Positions 55,718-64,000 of a stretch of 64,000 nucleotides of DNA are shown in pieces; the stretch's first letter is position 1; each line of letters begins with the position of its first letter. The notes under the pieces are model-generated. The model saw only the letters and a program-made list of their open reading frames with translations, did no database searches and was not told the origin of the DNA. The DNA is from a virus: IMG/VR virus record IMGVR_UViG_3300025897_002116, positions 8,953-72,952 of that record, one strand, 5' to 3'. The translations under genes were made by a program, and so were the position numbers.

Positions 55718-56238
55718 TAGAAAAATTGTTTTAAGTTAGGTCTAAAATAATTAATAGATTTCATTACTTTTTTATCTCTTGATCGATAAACGATATACCT
55801 TCCATTCGCAATTTTCTCAAAATGACAGGCCTCACCTTGTTCCTTACTTCTAGTGCTGACAGTAAGTATGGCTTCTGCTTCAGAAATACAAGCTTTTGAT
55901 AGATTGCTCGCTTGCACTTCTTGATAAGCCGGCCATATCTTATCCTTAAGGCCGTGTAACATAACACCGTTCCCAAGGGAAACGTAAGTAATATCACAAA
56001 GAGCATCCAAAACTTCCACGATGTTTCCATCTTCGCAAGCTTGTTTATATTCCTCAAGTTCCTCGAGGATAAAATTGTAGACGAATTCCCATTCCTCTCT
56101 TTTCGGTATTGTTGGTTCATAGTTATTTGGTTTTCCAAAAGTAGCATTAAAAATTTCTACTTCATCTACAAAAGGTACCCCATTAACCCATACAGGTAAT
56201 TCTTCTTCTTCTTTGAATAATGATAATTGTTCACCCAT
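55717..56238 (-). CDS. MazG/PRA-PH-like nucleotide pyrophosphohydrolase
   Basis: EELEEY...EVLDALCDITYV, EV..SNLSK, K..K; N-terminal QLSLF. Confidence 0.85.
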   Translation of the reverse strand: MGEQLSLFKEEEELPVWVNGVPFVDEVEIFNATFGKPNNYEPTIPKREEWEFVYNFILEELEEYKQACEDGNIVEVLDALCDITYVSLGNGVMLHGLKDKIWPAYQEVQASNLSKACISEAEAILTVSTRSKEQGEACHFEKIANGRYIVYRSRDKKVMKSINYFRPNLKQFF

Positions 56239-56239
56239 T

Positions 56240-56440
56240 CTAGTATACTTTAATAATTCTAGATTCTGTTAAGCTAATAATCTTAAAGTTAGTCTCACTA
56301 AGCTCTTCTAACATTTTATATGTCTTAGTTTCTGCTTCAGTTCCTGACATTGCGTCTACTAGGTAGATCTCTTTTACTTTCTGAATTCTGCCTCTATCGT
56401 TTTCTTTTTCAAACTGTGCTGTTACTTGCCAATAATTCAT
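56240..56440 (-). CDS. DUF4494-like protein
   Basis: KVKEIYLVDAMS.TEAE. Confidence 0.7.
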   Translation of the reverse strand: MNYWQVTAQFEKENDRGRIQKVKEIYLVDAMSGTEAETKTYKMLEELSETNFKIISLTESRIIKVY

Positions 56441-56454
56441 AATTTTATATACTT

Positions 56455-56808
56455 TTAGGTTCTATTATAATCATCTTCTAATCTCACTATATCAGTCTCT
56501 TCAAAAGAAGTACCTGTTTGTACTTCAATAAAAGTTACAGGTGCATCTGTTTTGTTCCAAGCCCTGTGTTTAGCTTCTACCGGAATTTCTAATGTATCTC
56601 CTGACGTTAATAAATGGTCTACCCCGTTGAGTATAACATTAAGTCTTCCTTTTACTACCGTCCAACTCTCGGAACGTTCTGTATGAAACTGGTACGATAG
56701 TCTTTGTCCAGGATCTATAGTTAATTCTTTAACTTTACAGAACGGGGTCCTGAGTATTACTTCAAAATACCCCCAGGGTCTTTCTTCAAAATCTATTAAT
56801 GTATACAT
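56455..56808 (-). CDS. cupin, mannose-6-phosphate isomerase type II C-terminal-like
   Basis: RPWG.F, PGQRLSYQFH..RSESW, HR..N, EVQTG...E.DIVRLEDDY. Confidence 0.85.
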   Translation of the reverse strand: MYTLIDFEERPWGYFEVILRTPFCKVKELTIDPGQRLSYQFHTERSESWTVVKGRLNVILNGVDHLLTSGDTLEIPVEAKHRAWNKTDAPVTFIEVQTGTSFEETDIVRLEDDYNRT

Positions 56809-57497
56809 CTACCTGCTAATTCTATGTTTTTATAAAACTCAGCTCTTGCTGAATCTTCGTCTAGGAAGCAACCAGATAATTTAGCTGTTTGCATCGAAGC
56901 ACCATTATGTTTAATACCTCTACAACTAACACAATTATGTGTAGCTGAGATCATTACAGCAACCCCTAGGTTACCTTCACAAATTTTATTAACTGCATTG
57001 TGAATTGCAACTGTAAGTTGTTCTTGAATTGCTCCTCTTCTACCAAAGTGCTCTACAATCCTGTTTAGCTTAGATAACCCAACTACCTTGCCATCATTTG
57101 AGGGGATATAAGCTATGCTTACTTTTCCTCCAATAGTCTGGTGATGGTGACTACACATTGAAGTGACTGGGATAAGGCTTTCTTGAACTATACCGTCATA
57201 CCCGTCGGAAGGAAAGGTAGTAATTTCGGTCATAGGTTCAAATCTACCCTTCCATAAGTCGTTTACGTATGCTTTCGCAACTCTTCTAGGAGTATCAGAT
57301 GAATTAGGATCATTTTTCCAATCACATCCCAGGGCAGTTAAAAACTTTCCGAATGCTTTTGCAGCGTTCTTTATAATCTCTTCTTTTTCTGCGGTGCTCA
57401 ACACACCCATTTTTCCTTTGGCAGCTAACTGCGAAGATACACCGTTGGCGTAACCTTCTTTAACTAGTTCGGTACCTTCTATAAACTTTTTTGACAT
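56796..57497 (-). CDS. folE: GTP cyclohydrolase I
   Basis: DTPRRVAK, SMCSHH, VVGLSKLNR, QEQLT, H.CVSCRG, RAEF. Confidence 0.95.
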   Translation of the reverse strand: MSKKFIEGTELVKEGYANGVSSQLAAKGKMGVLSTAEKEEIIKNAAKAFGKFLTALGCDWKNDPNSSDTPRRVAKAYVNDLWKGRFEPMTEITTFPSDGYDGIVQESLIPVTSMCSHHHQTIGGKVSIAYIPSNDGKVVGLSKLNRIVEHFGRRGAIQEQLTVAIHNAVNKICEGNLGVAVMISATHNCVSCRGIKHNGASMQTAKLSGCFLDEDSARAEFYKNIELAGRCIH

Positions 57498-57537
57498 CTA
57501 TAACTTTTTAAATATACTTAAATATACGAACTTTTGA

Positions 57538-57939
57538 TTAAATATCCAAATAGTCCTGTATTTCTTTTGAATCTTTTTTCTCCCATGGGTACACTATCCA
57601 TCCTGAAGTATCTTGTAGTTCTTGGGCAAAATAATCCGGTTTTACTATAGATGATAATTTATAATGTAGGGTAGCAAACTTACAGTCAAACATCGTCTCT
57701 CTCAACTCAAATAATGTTTTACCACTATCCGCTATATCATCAATTACTAGCAGTCTAGGAGGGTGTAAATAAGTGAGTTCCTTGTATTTAGTACCGAACC
57801 TATGTGAATAGAGAATTGCTAGAATTGTGCCGCCTCTTGGTATTCCAGCTACGTAGTCTATAGGTTCTTCTATTTGTGCATAAATCTTATCTAATAAGCC
57901 ATATACATCTTCCCAACTTAAATAAACTTTTTTATTCAT
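57538..57939 (-). CDS. purine phosphoribosyltransferase (Gpt-like)
   Basis: LSW, GIPRGG, LVIDDIADSGKT, WIVYPWE. Confidence 0.85.
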   Translation of the reverse strand: MNKKVYLSWEDVYGLLDKIYAQIEEPIDYVAGIPRGGTILAILYSHRFGTKYKELTYLHPPRLLVIDDIADSGKTLFELRETMFDCKFATLHYKLSSIVKPDYFAQELQDTSGWIVYPWEKKDSKEIQDYLDI

Positions 57940-57956
57940 AACTATAAGATAGTAAA

Positions 57957-58499
57957 TTATCTCTGTTTTAACAACTTTAGAATTTGCTTTACTGTTTTAC
58001 TCCCTACTTCTACTTCATGGTACGGTAAATTATGTTCCTCTAATTTAGCTTTGCATAATTCATCAATCTCTATAGATTGTTTTAAATCCTGGAATCTTTC
58101 TGCTTCATTAATTTCAGTATTAGATCTCTTCAACAGGATGTTTAAATTGTCGTAATTGTTATGTAAGTCAACAACCATTTTATGGAAGGACTCTCCGTAA
58201 TATTCTGCTGGATACCCTTTAGTGTAGTAGCTGTGATATATAGTTGAGAACATTATAGGTGAATCAATAACAATGTAATCTACTTTACCGTAGGATTGTG
58301 CTATACCTCTATGTTGGTTAGCAAATACGTATAACTGATCTTGTATAGCAGGGTAATTTTTATCCCATGCTAAAGTTTTGGGAAATTCATAAGGATTATT
58401 ACAACTAATATGTTTTTTCTTTAATTTGTAAGTAATTCCTGCTGAAATAGATGATTTTCCAATTCCTGGTCCTCCGAATAAGTTTATGAGTATACTCAT
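57957..58499 (-). CDS. P-loop kinase (AAA_28/NadR-like)
   Basis: INLFGGPGIGKS, IDSP, R.Q. Confidence 0.75.
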   Translation of the reverse strand: MSILINLFGGPGIGKSSISAGITYKLKKKHISCNNPYEFPKTLAWDKNYPAIQDQLYVFANQHRGIAQSYGKVDYIVIDSPIMFSTIYHSYYTKGYPAEYYGESFHKMVVDLHNNYDNLNILLKRSNTEINEAERFQDLKQSIEIDELCKAKLEEHNLPYHEVEVGSKTVKQILKLLKQR

Positions 58500-58724
58500 T
58501 TACCCTAGTAGTTGTCTAATCAAACTAAACATGTAACCAACCATACCTACTACATTAAGAAGAGATAGATTGTATTGCTTTGTTTTCTGTGTCTGAATAG
58601 TTAATAAACCTAATCCTATGAAGGAACCAAGTTTACCTAGTGGTGTATCTATAAAATAAGGTGATACCATCATTAATGCCGTTCCTAAATAAAGAACTCC
58701 ATACTTATAAAAAATGTCTTTCAT
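58500..58724 (-). CDS. small 3-TM membrane protein (possible PnuC/SemiSWEET-like half transporter)
   Basis: Three hydrophobic segments, K.YNL.LLN; 74 aa. Confidence 0.5.
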   Translation of the reverse strand: MKDIFYKYGVLYLGTALMMVSPYFIDTPLGKLGSFIGLGLLTIQTQKTKQYNLSLLNVVGMVGYMFSLIRQLLG

Positions 58725-59485
58725 GAAAATATTTCGTTTAAAATTGTTGATAGTCTTATTCCTGCTTGATATAATCTTTGGTCTATAATTGGTAGAACTT
58801 CATATACATAATCGTACGATAAGTAAGATCCTGCAGTAGTTTCATAAATTTTAGGTACATATGAATGAGATTCCTTAGACCATTCTAATGCATTTCCTTG
58901 AGGAAAATCTGCTTTATTATTAAATTGGTTCATAAGCTTATCAGCATATTCTTTATAACTCATCTTATAATCATCAATGATACCTGCATCCCATAAATCA
59001 TGTAGGTTAGTCCAATTCTCAGCTCCTTTTCTTCCTTTGAAGTTTACTTTAATTTTGTTACCTCCCCAATCTTCTTCTCTACCTGTGTGAAGTGGTTGAT
59101 GTATATCACCCACCATATGAACTAAGTACTTTAAGTAGAATCTCTTCATATCCTCAGGAGCAGAAGGTAATTCTAATATTGCAATAGCTCTTTCTATAAT
59201 CATTACAACGTTTTCTTGAGTATGTTCTATTTCATCATACTCTTTATCTATTGGGAGATTAATATAGTGCCACTTAGCAAACTCATCATATTCTGGGTTA
59301 CTTCTCATCTCATCAGCCCAAGTACTAGCATTTGCAAGTGATTGTCCGTCTAATAAATCTCTAACTTTTTCTCTAACCTCTTCTGTTAAGTTATTTTCTG
59401 CTATTTCACCAACTACTCTATGACCAGTCTTACCCCAACCTAATAGATTGAAAGGTATTAATAAAAGTATAAATATATTTTTCAT
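58721..59485 (-). CDS. S1/P1 nuclease with signal peptide
   Basis: WGKTGH, WADE, WHYIN, HMVGDIHQPLH, GGN, NLH..WD. Confidence 0.93.
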   Translation of the reverse strand: MKNIFILLLIPFNLLGWGKTGHRVVGEIAENNLTEEVREKVRDLLDGQSLANASTWADEMRSNPEYDEFAKWHYINLPIDKEYDEIEHTQENVVMIIERAIAILELPSAPEDMKRFYLKYLVHMVGDIHQPLHTGREEDWGGNKIKVNFKGRKGAENWTNLHDLWDAGIIDDYKMSYKEYADKLMNQFNNKADFPQGNALEWSKESHSYVPKIYETTAGSYLSYDYVYEVLPIIDQRLYQAGIRLSTILNEIFS

Positions 59486-59492
59486 AGTAAAT

Positions 59493-59520
59493 AAAAAAAG
59501 GGGAGTGTTTAAGCTCCCCT
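59493..59520 (-). terminator. intrinsic terminator after the TonB receptor gene
   Basis: Minus strand GGGGAG-cttaaaca-CTCCCC-TTTTTTT. Confidence 0.85.
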
Positions 59521-59530
59521 AATTGTTTCT

Positions 59531-62266
59531 TTAAAAGTTATAACGTAAACTTGCGTTCCAAGTTCTACCAAATCCAAACCATACTGAGTTTCTTACATCA
59601 ACGCCTTCCCAGGTTACAGAAGTATCATCAGCGTGAATATTTGAGTTAGATTCTGCAATATATGTTGTATTGAGTAAATTGTTAATATTTGCTCTTACAG
59701 TCCATCCTTTACCAATTTTTCCAGTTATACCAAAATCAACTAAACCAAAAGAAGGTAATTTAAGTGCTCCATTGTTATCAGGGTTAGTAAACTCTGAGTC
59801 AGTAATAGAATAATCAGCATACAGCCCATCGACAAATCTATAATCTAAATCTAGTGATAAGTGTTTTCCAATTTTTTGATCTACTCCTATATTACTAGTA
59901 AATTGTGCGGCATCTCCTACTTTAGCATCTTTTAGGTAAAGTGTACCCGTTCCAATTGATTCTTGATTTTCATCAAATAGTTCTGAAGTAAAATCTTTAG
60001 TATATCTCCAATCACCGATTGATAACATACCTGTAAATCTAGTAGAACTAGATAACTGATATTTACCTTCAAATTCTATACCATTGTGTCTTACATCAAT
60101 ATCTTTAAATTGAGCTGATCCATCTACACCAAATTGGTTAGATAAAGAACGAGTAACAAATCTATTACCCCAAGTTGTAGAATATGCATTAACTTTAAAT
60201 GATAAATCTTTACCAATAAAACCATACCCTAATTCAATAGATTTAATTTCCTCATTTTGTAAATCAGGATTAATATCATTTATATAATTAGGAAATACAG
60301 CACCAAATTGAGGTTGACGTGAAATATACCCTGTATTAAAGAATACATTTTGTTTTGCATCAATGTTGAAGTTAGCACCTCCTTTAATATAACCACCACG
60401 TTGGTTTTGTACCTCTGATTCTGGGTTATCTGGTACGTCAAAGTAGTCAATTCTTTGAAATGCTTGATTTGAAAGTCCAGATTGTACTACGGCTGTTAGT
60501 TTATCACCACCATATTCAAACATAGAGTTTACACCAGTCCATCCAACTTTACCTACATTATGATAATCAATCTTAGGTCCATCTAAACCGGTACTACCAA
60601 ACGGACTAGCCGCAACAGTTGTGTTGATTATTTGACCATTAGAGTTCTTATTACCTGTTGAGTAGTACCCATCTAATCCCATAAGATTGTTTAGTACTCT
60701 ATAATGCTGACCTGTATATTTTCTTAAATCAATACCAATAGATGCTTTAACTTTACCAAACTGTCCTTCTAAGTTAGAAATACCACCAACCCAATTATGT
60801 GAGTTCATTGATGCTCTTCTAATAAGTACTTCTCTGTTAACACTTGAATCTCTAAATCCGTTTGAACCAATTAAGAGTCCTGAGAAAGCTGAAATATCAC
60901 CAGTATAACCACTAGTGGTTGATTGGTTATGTGCAACAATAGCATCAAAATTAATTGAACCGTCTGGATTTCTTGAACCTCTACCATTTTCTGAGTAATG
61001 CTCAGTAAGGTCTATTCGATATGGAAGTATATCAGAATCAGATGCTCTATAATTGGCTCCTCTTGGACCTGTTCCTCCACCTCTACCAGCTGAACCATAT
61101 AATGATGTGGCTAATTTAAGCTTAGAATTAATTTTATAATCCCAGTTAAAAGTTGCTAATGGTTTATTATAGAAGTTTCTTCTCATTGAGAATTCTTCTC
61201 CATTTAGTGTACCTCCGTTTGAGTTCCATCTAGTATCAATTCCTTCATCACCGAAATTTTGGTAATCTCTAATAGAAACCCATACATCTCTTTGATGGTG
61301 CCATTGACCTGCTCCTAAGAATGAAAAGTTTAACTCATGTTTAGAACCTTCTGGTGCATATCCAATAGCAGTGAAATAATTAAATCCTTCTCCTGAGGTA
61401 TTATTGATATACCCATTACCGCTCCATTTAGATAGAAGTACAGATGTTGCCCATCCACTTTCGCTCTTACCGGAATTGTAAGAAGCTACAGTCTTTGAGT
61501 ACCCATTATTACCCACCATTTGTGAGATTGAGCCTCCTTTTTCTTTATCAACAGCTTTAGTAAAAATGGAAATAGTTCCTCCAACTGAAGGGACTGCCAA
61601 TTTAGTTGCTCCCAATCCTCTCTGAATTTGAATACCACTAGCAACATCAGTTAAACCTTGCCAATTACTCCAATACAGTCTACCATTTTCCATATCGTTA
61701 ACTGGTTGTCCGTTAATTAAGATAGAAGTATTAGTTTGATCAAATCCTCTTAAAGATATTCTTGAATCACCATAACCACCGCCTTGCTTAGTAGCATAGA
61801 CACCAGGTACTTTATTCATAATTTCAGGAAATTCCTGATTTCCACCTTTAAGTTGGATATCTTTTGAAGATATTGATGATACGGCAATAGGGGTTTTTCT
61901 TCCTACAGCAATATCAATTACTCCTGAGGTAACTACTACAGCATTTAATTCTGCAATATTTACTTCCATGGTAACATCTACAATTGATCTAGCTCCGATT
62001 ACAACCTCTTGTTTGTTATAACCTACAGCACTAAAAACAAGAGTGCTTCCAACTTCTGGTATATTTAAATCAAAAACACCATTGAAATCTGCAATAGTTC
62101 CAATATTGGTATCCTTAATTACTATACTTACCCCAGGTATACCTTCGTTATTTTCGTCTACCACTTTGCCGGATACAGTACGTTCTTGTGCGTTTACAAT
62201 TAGAAACAGAAAACTTAGGGAAATAGTCCACAGAAGTCTTGTTCCTGATTTTAAATAATTTTTCAT
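59531..62266 (-). CDS. TonB-dependent outer-membrane receptor (Bacteroidota type)
   Basis: Signal peptide, VSGKVVD...GIPGVSI N-domain, plug (PGVY, ISLRG, LINGQPVND, QIQRG, GGTI), barrel ending GRTWNASLRYNF. Confidence 0.93.
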   Translation of the reverse strand: MKNYLKSGTRLLWTISLSFLFLIVNAQERTVSGKVVDENNEGIPGVSIVIKDTNIGTIADFNGVFDLNIPEVGSTLVFSAVGYNKQEVVIGARSIVDVTMEVNIAELNAVVVTSGVIDIAVGRKTPIAVSSISSKDIQLKGGNQEFPEIMNKVPGVYATKQGGGYGDSRISLRGFDQTNTSILINGQPVNDMENGRLYWSNWQGLTDVASGIQIQRGLGATKLAVPSVGGTISIFTKAVDKEKGGSISQMVGNNGYSKTVASYNSGKSESGWATSVLLSKWSGNGYINNTSGEGFNYFTAIGYAPEGSKHELNFSFLGAGQWHHQRDVWVSIRDYQNFGDEGIDTRWNSNGGTLNGEEFSMRRNFYNKPLATFNWDYKINSKLKLATSLYGSAGRGGGTGPRGANYRASDSDILPYRIDLTEHYSENGRGSRNPDGSINFDAIVAHNQSTTSGYTGDISAFSGLLIGSNGFRDSSVNREVLIRRASMNSHNWVGGISNLEGQFGKVKASIGIDLRKYTGQHYRVLNNLMGLDGYYSTGNKNSNGQIINTTVAASPFGSTGLDGPKIDYHNVGKVGWTGVNSMFEYGGDKLTAVVQSGLSNQAFQRIDYFDVPDNPESEVQNQRGGYIKGGANFNIDAKQNVFFNTGYISRQPQFGAVFPNYINDINPDLQNEEIKSIELGYGFIGKDLSFKVNAYSTTWGNRFVTRSLSNQFGVDGSAQFKDIDVRHNGIEFEGKYQLSSSTRFTGMLSIGDWRYTKDFTSELFDENQESIGTGTLYLKDAKVGDAAQFTSNIGVDQKIGKHLSLDLDYRFVDGLYADYSITDSEFTNPDNNGALKLPSFGLVDFGITGKIGKGWTVRANINNLLNTTYIAESNSNIHADDTSVTWEGVDVRNSVWFGFGRTWNASLRYNF

Positions 62267-62413
62267 TAGCAGTAATTTTTAAATTTTAAATTTTAAATAT
62301 TGAACAAATTAAATTAACTTAAATTAAATTACCCAAACTGGTAAGTACCTTAACTAAAATAGTGTATATACTTAAAAATTCCGATTTGAAGTAATTTTTT
62401 CTTCACATTACAT

Positions 62414-62584
62414 TCATGTAGTTGAGATAACCCAACCTTCTGTATGCACGTATAGTTTTTTTGATTTTTTTTCTACTAAATCTAGTTTAGCTGTTAACAA
62501 TTCCCACTGAGGGTATGTTATTCCGGATGGCCCTATAGATGTTATAAACACTTGTAACCAATTTATGAATTCCTTTTTGCTCAT
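62414..62584 (-). CDS. small hypothetical protein (56 aa, MSKKEFINWLQ...)
   Basis: Manual translation; starts 1 nt after the nuclease stop. Confidence 0.55.
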   Translation of the reverse strand: MSKKEFINWLQVFITSIGPSGITYPQWELLTAKLDLVEKKSKKLYVHTEGWVISTT

Positions 62585-62585
62585 A

Positions 62586-63173
62586 TTATTTGACTCTATA
62601 GTCTACCCAATCTGTTCCTTTAGTATCTATGTTTGGAAATTCATAGATTCTTATTGTACCGTTAATGTCTATAGTCTTTCTAAAAGATGTAGGAACCATT
62701 GCACCTGTGGGTAATGTAGTGGTATTATCGTCAAATAAAACTTCGACTTTAACTTTTACATCTACCCCGAAGTAATTAGCGGCGTCTCTTTCAAAAGCTT
62801 CTAACTGACTCCACTGGCCTCTATTTAAACCTTGATGCTGTAGAACTGAGTTGAGATACGAAAAAGATTGATGAAGGGATTCTTTTGTACAGCTAAAAGA
62901 AGCTGCCGGAGCAAGGTGACCCTTATCGTAAACATTATCTTTATAATCTTTATCATCAGAGGTACTGATGCCTTCTGGGACCCAAAAACTCTTTCCTGAT
63001 CTAGAAAATGTTCCGTTAGGGCAGGCTACAATGTAGGTTAATTCTAAAGGCTGTTGTGCTATTTCAGAGTAAACTACAGTAAATATATCTGTCTTGATTG
63101 TCTTGATTTGTTGTGCAGATATAGCAATTGAACATAACAGTAAAAATGTGCTTATACTATATTTTTTATTCAT
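62586..63173 (-). CDS. DNA/RNA non-specific endonuclease (NucA/EndA family) with signal peptide
   Basis: YDKGHLAPAA, SF.Y.N...Q...LNRGQW..LE, VPT.F.K. Confidence 0.9.
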   Translation of the reverse strand: MNKKYSISTFLLLCSIAISAQQIKTIKTDIFTVVYSEIAQQPLELTYIVACPNGTFSRSGKSFWVPEGISTSDDKDYKDNVYDKGHLAPAASFSCTKESLHQSFSYLNSVLQHQGLNRGQWSQLEAFERDAANYFGVDVKVKVEVLFDDNTTTLPTGAMVPTSFRKTIDINGTIRIYEFPNIDTKGTDWVDYRVK

Positions 63174-63240
63174 ATGTAATATAACTTTTAAAAATTTAAT
63201 TTATATCTAAATATAGTCAAATTAACTGTAAACGGCAACT
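63171..63240 (-). promoter_or_regulatory. promoter cassette
   Basis: AGTTGCC...ACTATATTTAGATAT on the minus strand, upstream of the nuclease. Confidence 0.7.
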
Positions 63241-63255
63241 ATGAATGTACTTTTT

Positions 63256-64000
63256 TCAAAAATTAACTCCAACACCAAATTGAACAAATTCTCTTATTGG
63301 ATCCATATCAAATTTTAAAGTAAAGTTTTTAATGTCATACATAGTTCCTACTTTTAAGGTAGTAAACTTTCCATTAGATTTGGGGAATGTAATTTCTCCT
63401 ACTACATCTTCTCCTCTCCAGAAAATATCTTCTGATCCAAAGCCTATCATACAGTGTATACCAATTCTCTCAACCCTCCTACCTATACCGAAGTAAAAGG
63501 TTCTTTCTTTAATTAAATCATCTATTAAAGGAAAATCAATATCATCAATTTGCCCATCTTTGAAAAAAGTAGAACGATCAGGTTCATAGGTTGAATGAAA
63601 GTCCATAATAAAGTATATTTTATTACCAACAGCAAAGTACCCACCTAGTTGTTTATTTGTAGAATACAGAAACCCAACATTTACGATGGGTTTTTTACCT
63701 TTAATGGTATCTGTTTGTCCGTCTTCAAATACATAAACACGTGCAGGTTGTCTATATCCCTGAGGGGTGTAATAATTATAATCTATATATGTACTATATC
63801 CGTAATTTGGAGCTCCCCATCTTCCCCATCTACCGTAACCCCAATACGGGTCATAGTTATTGTACATATTAGAGTAGTAATATGGATTTTGACCGTAAAA
63901 ATTAGATTGGTTATTTAGATTATTCGGTTGGTATGTAGTTGAAGAGTTAGATTTAGTTGTAGTAGGTGGGTTACTCCTCCAAGTACTTTGGGTATTTGTG
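63256..64000 (-). CDS. putative outer-membrane beta-barrel protein, 5' end beyond the window
   Basis: Frame stays open to 64000; Y/G/N-rich N-region, alternating beta pattern, ends VQFGVGVNF. Confidence 0.6.
   Translation of the reverse strand, partial: TNTQSTWRSNPPTTTKSNSSTTYQPNNLNNQSNFYGQNPYYYSNMYNNYDPYWGYGRWGRWGAPNYGYSTYIDYNYYTPQGYRQPARVYVFEDGQTDTIKGKKPIVNVGFLYSTNKQLGGYFAVGNKIYFIMDFHSTYEPDRSTFFKDGQIDDIDFPLIDDLIKERTFYFGIGRRVERIGIHCMIGFGSEDIFWRGEDVVGEITFPKSNGKFTTLKVGTMYDIKNFTLKFDMDPIREFVQFGVGVNF

Noticed and set aside
15384-55764. Nested minus-strand ORFs 15384..15569 and 55764..56147
   Set aside because: Alternative frames wholly inside better-supported genes
143-63918. Plus-strand ORFs in the track (e.g. 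143..439, 518..748, 34804..35118, 45943..46305, 47143..47460, 63649..63918)
   Set aside because: Antisense shadows of clear minus-strand genes with no recognisable motifs; only 5740..6123 is credible
1-64000. Cellular (Flavobacteria) chromosome origin suggested by groEL, thyA, folE, queF and the TonB receptor; also tRNA/rRNA genes
   Set aside because: No ribosomal or core operons, single-strand gene packing, phage-type PolA, lysis cassette and repeated promoters favour a phage; no tRNA or rRNA pattern was recognised by eye

Overview
AT-rich window, almost entirely minus-strand coded, that reads as a segment of a large lytic dsDNA phage of Bacteroidota (Flavobacteria-like). Support: gene-dense phage-type ORFs, a PolA lacking a 5'-exonuclease, thyA, a lysis cassette, Bacteroidota-type genes (TonB receptor, DUF4494, Hc1-like), and no ribosomal or other core cellular operons. 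From left to right it holds: (i) three GC-rich hairpin elements and six near-identical promoter cassettes driving small early genes; (ii) a modification-enzyme cluster; (iii) thyA with a DfrB-like partner; (iv) an 11-kb glycosylation and nonulosonic-acid cluster; (v) a lysis cassette; (vi) an operon headed by a circularly permuted ATP-grasp domain fused to three tandem Hint domains, followed by tailoring enzymes; (vii) a candidate structured RNA, groEL/groES and hsp20; (viii) polA beside a 7-deazaguanine DNA-modification cluster (folE, queF, dpdA-like, formyltransferase); (ix) a TonB receptor flanked by two exported nucleases. The best novel-system candidates are the ATP-grasp/triple-Hint operon, the nucleic-acid scavenging locus, and a C-terminal motif shared by nine tailoring enzymes. 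All calls come from reading motifs by eye; no database searches were run.
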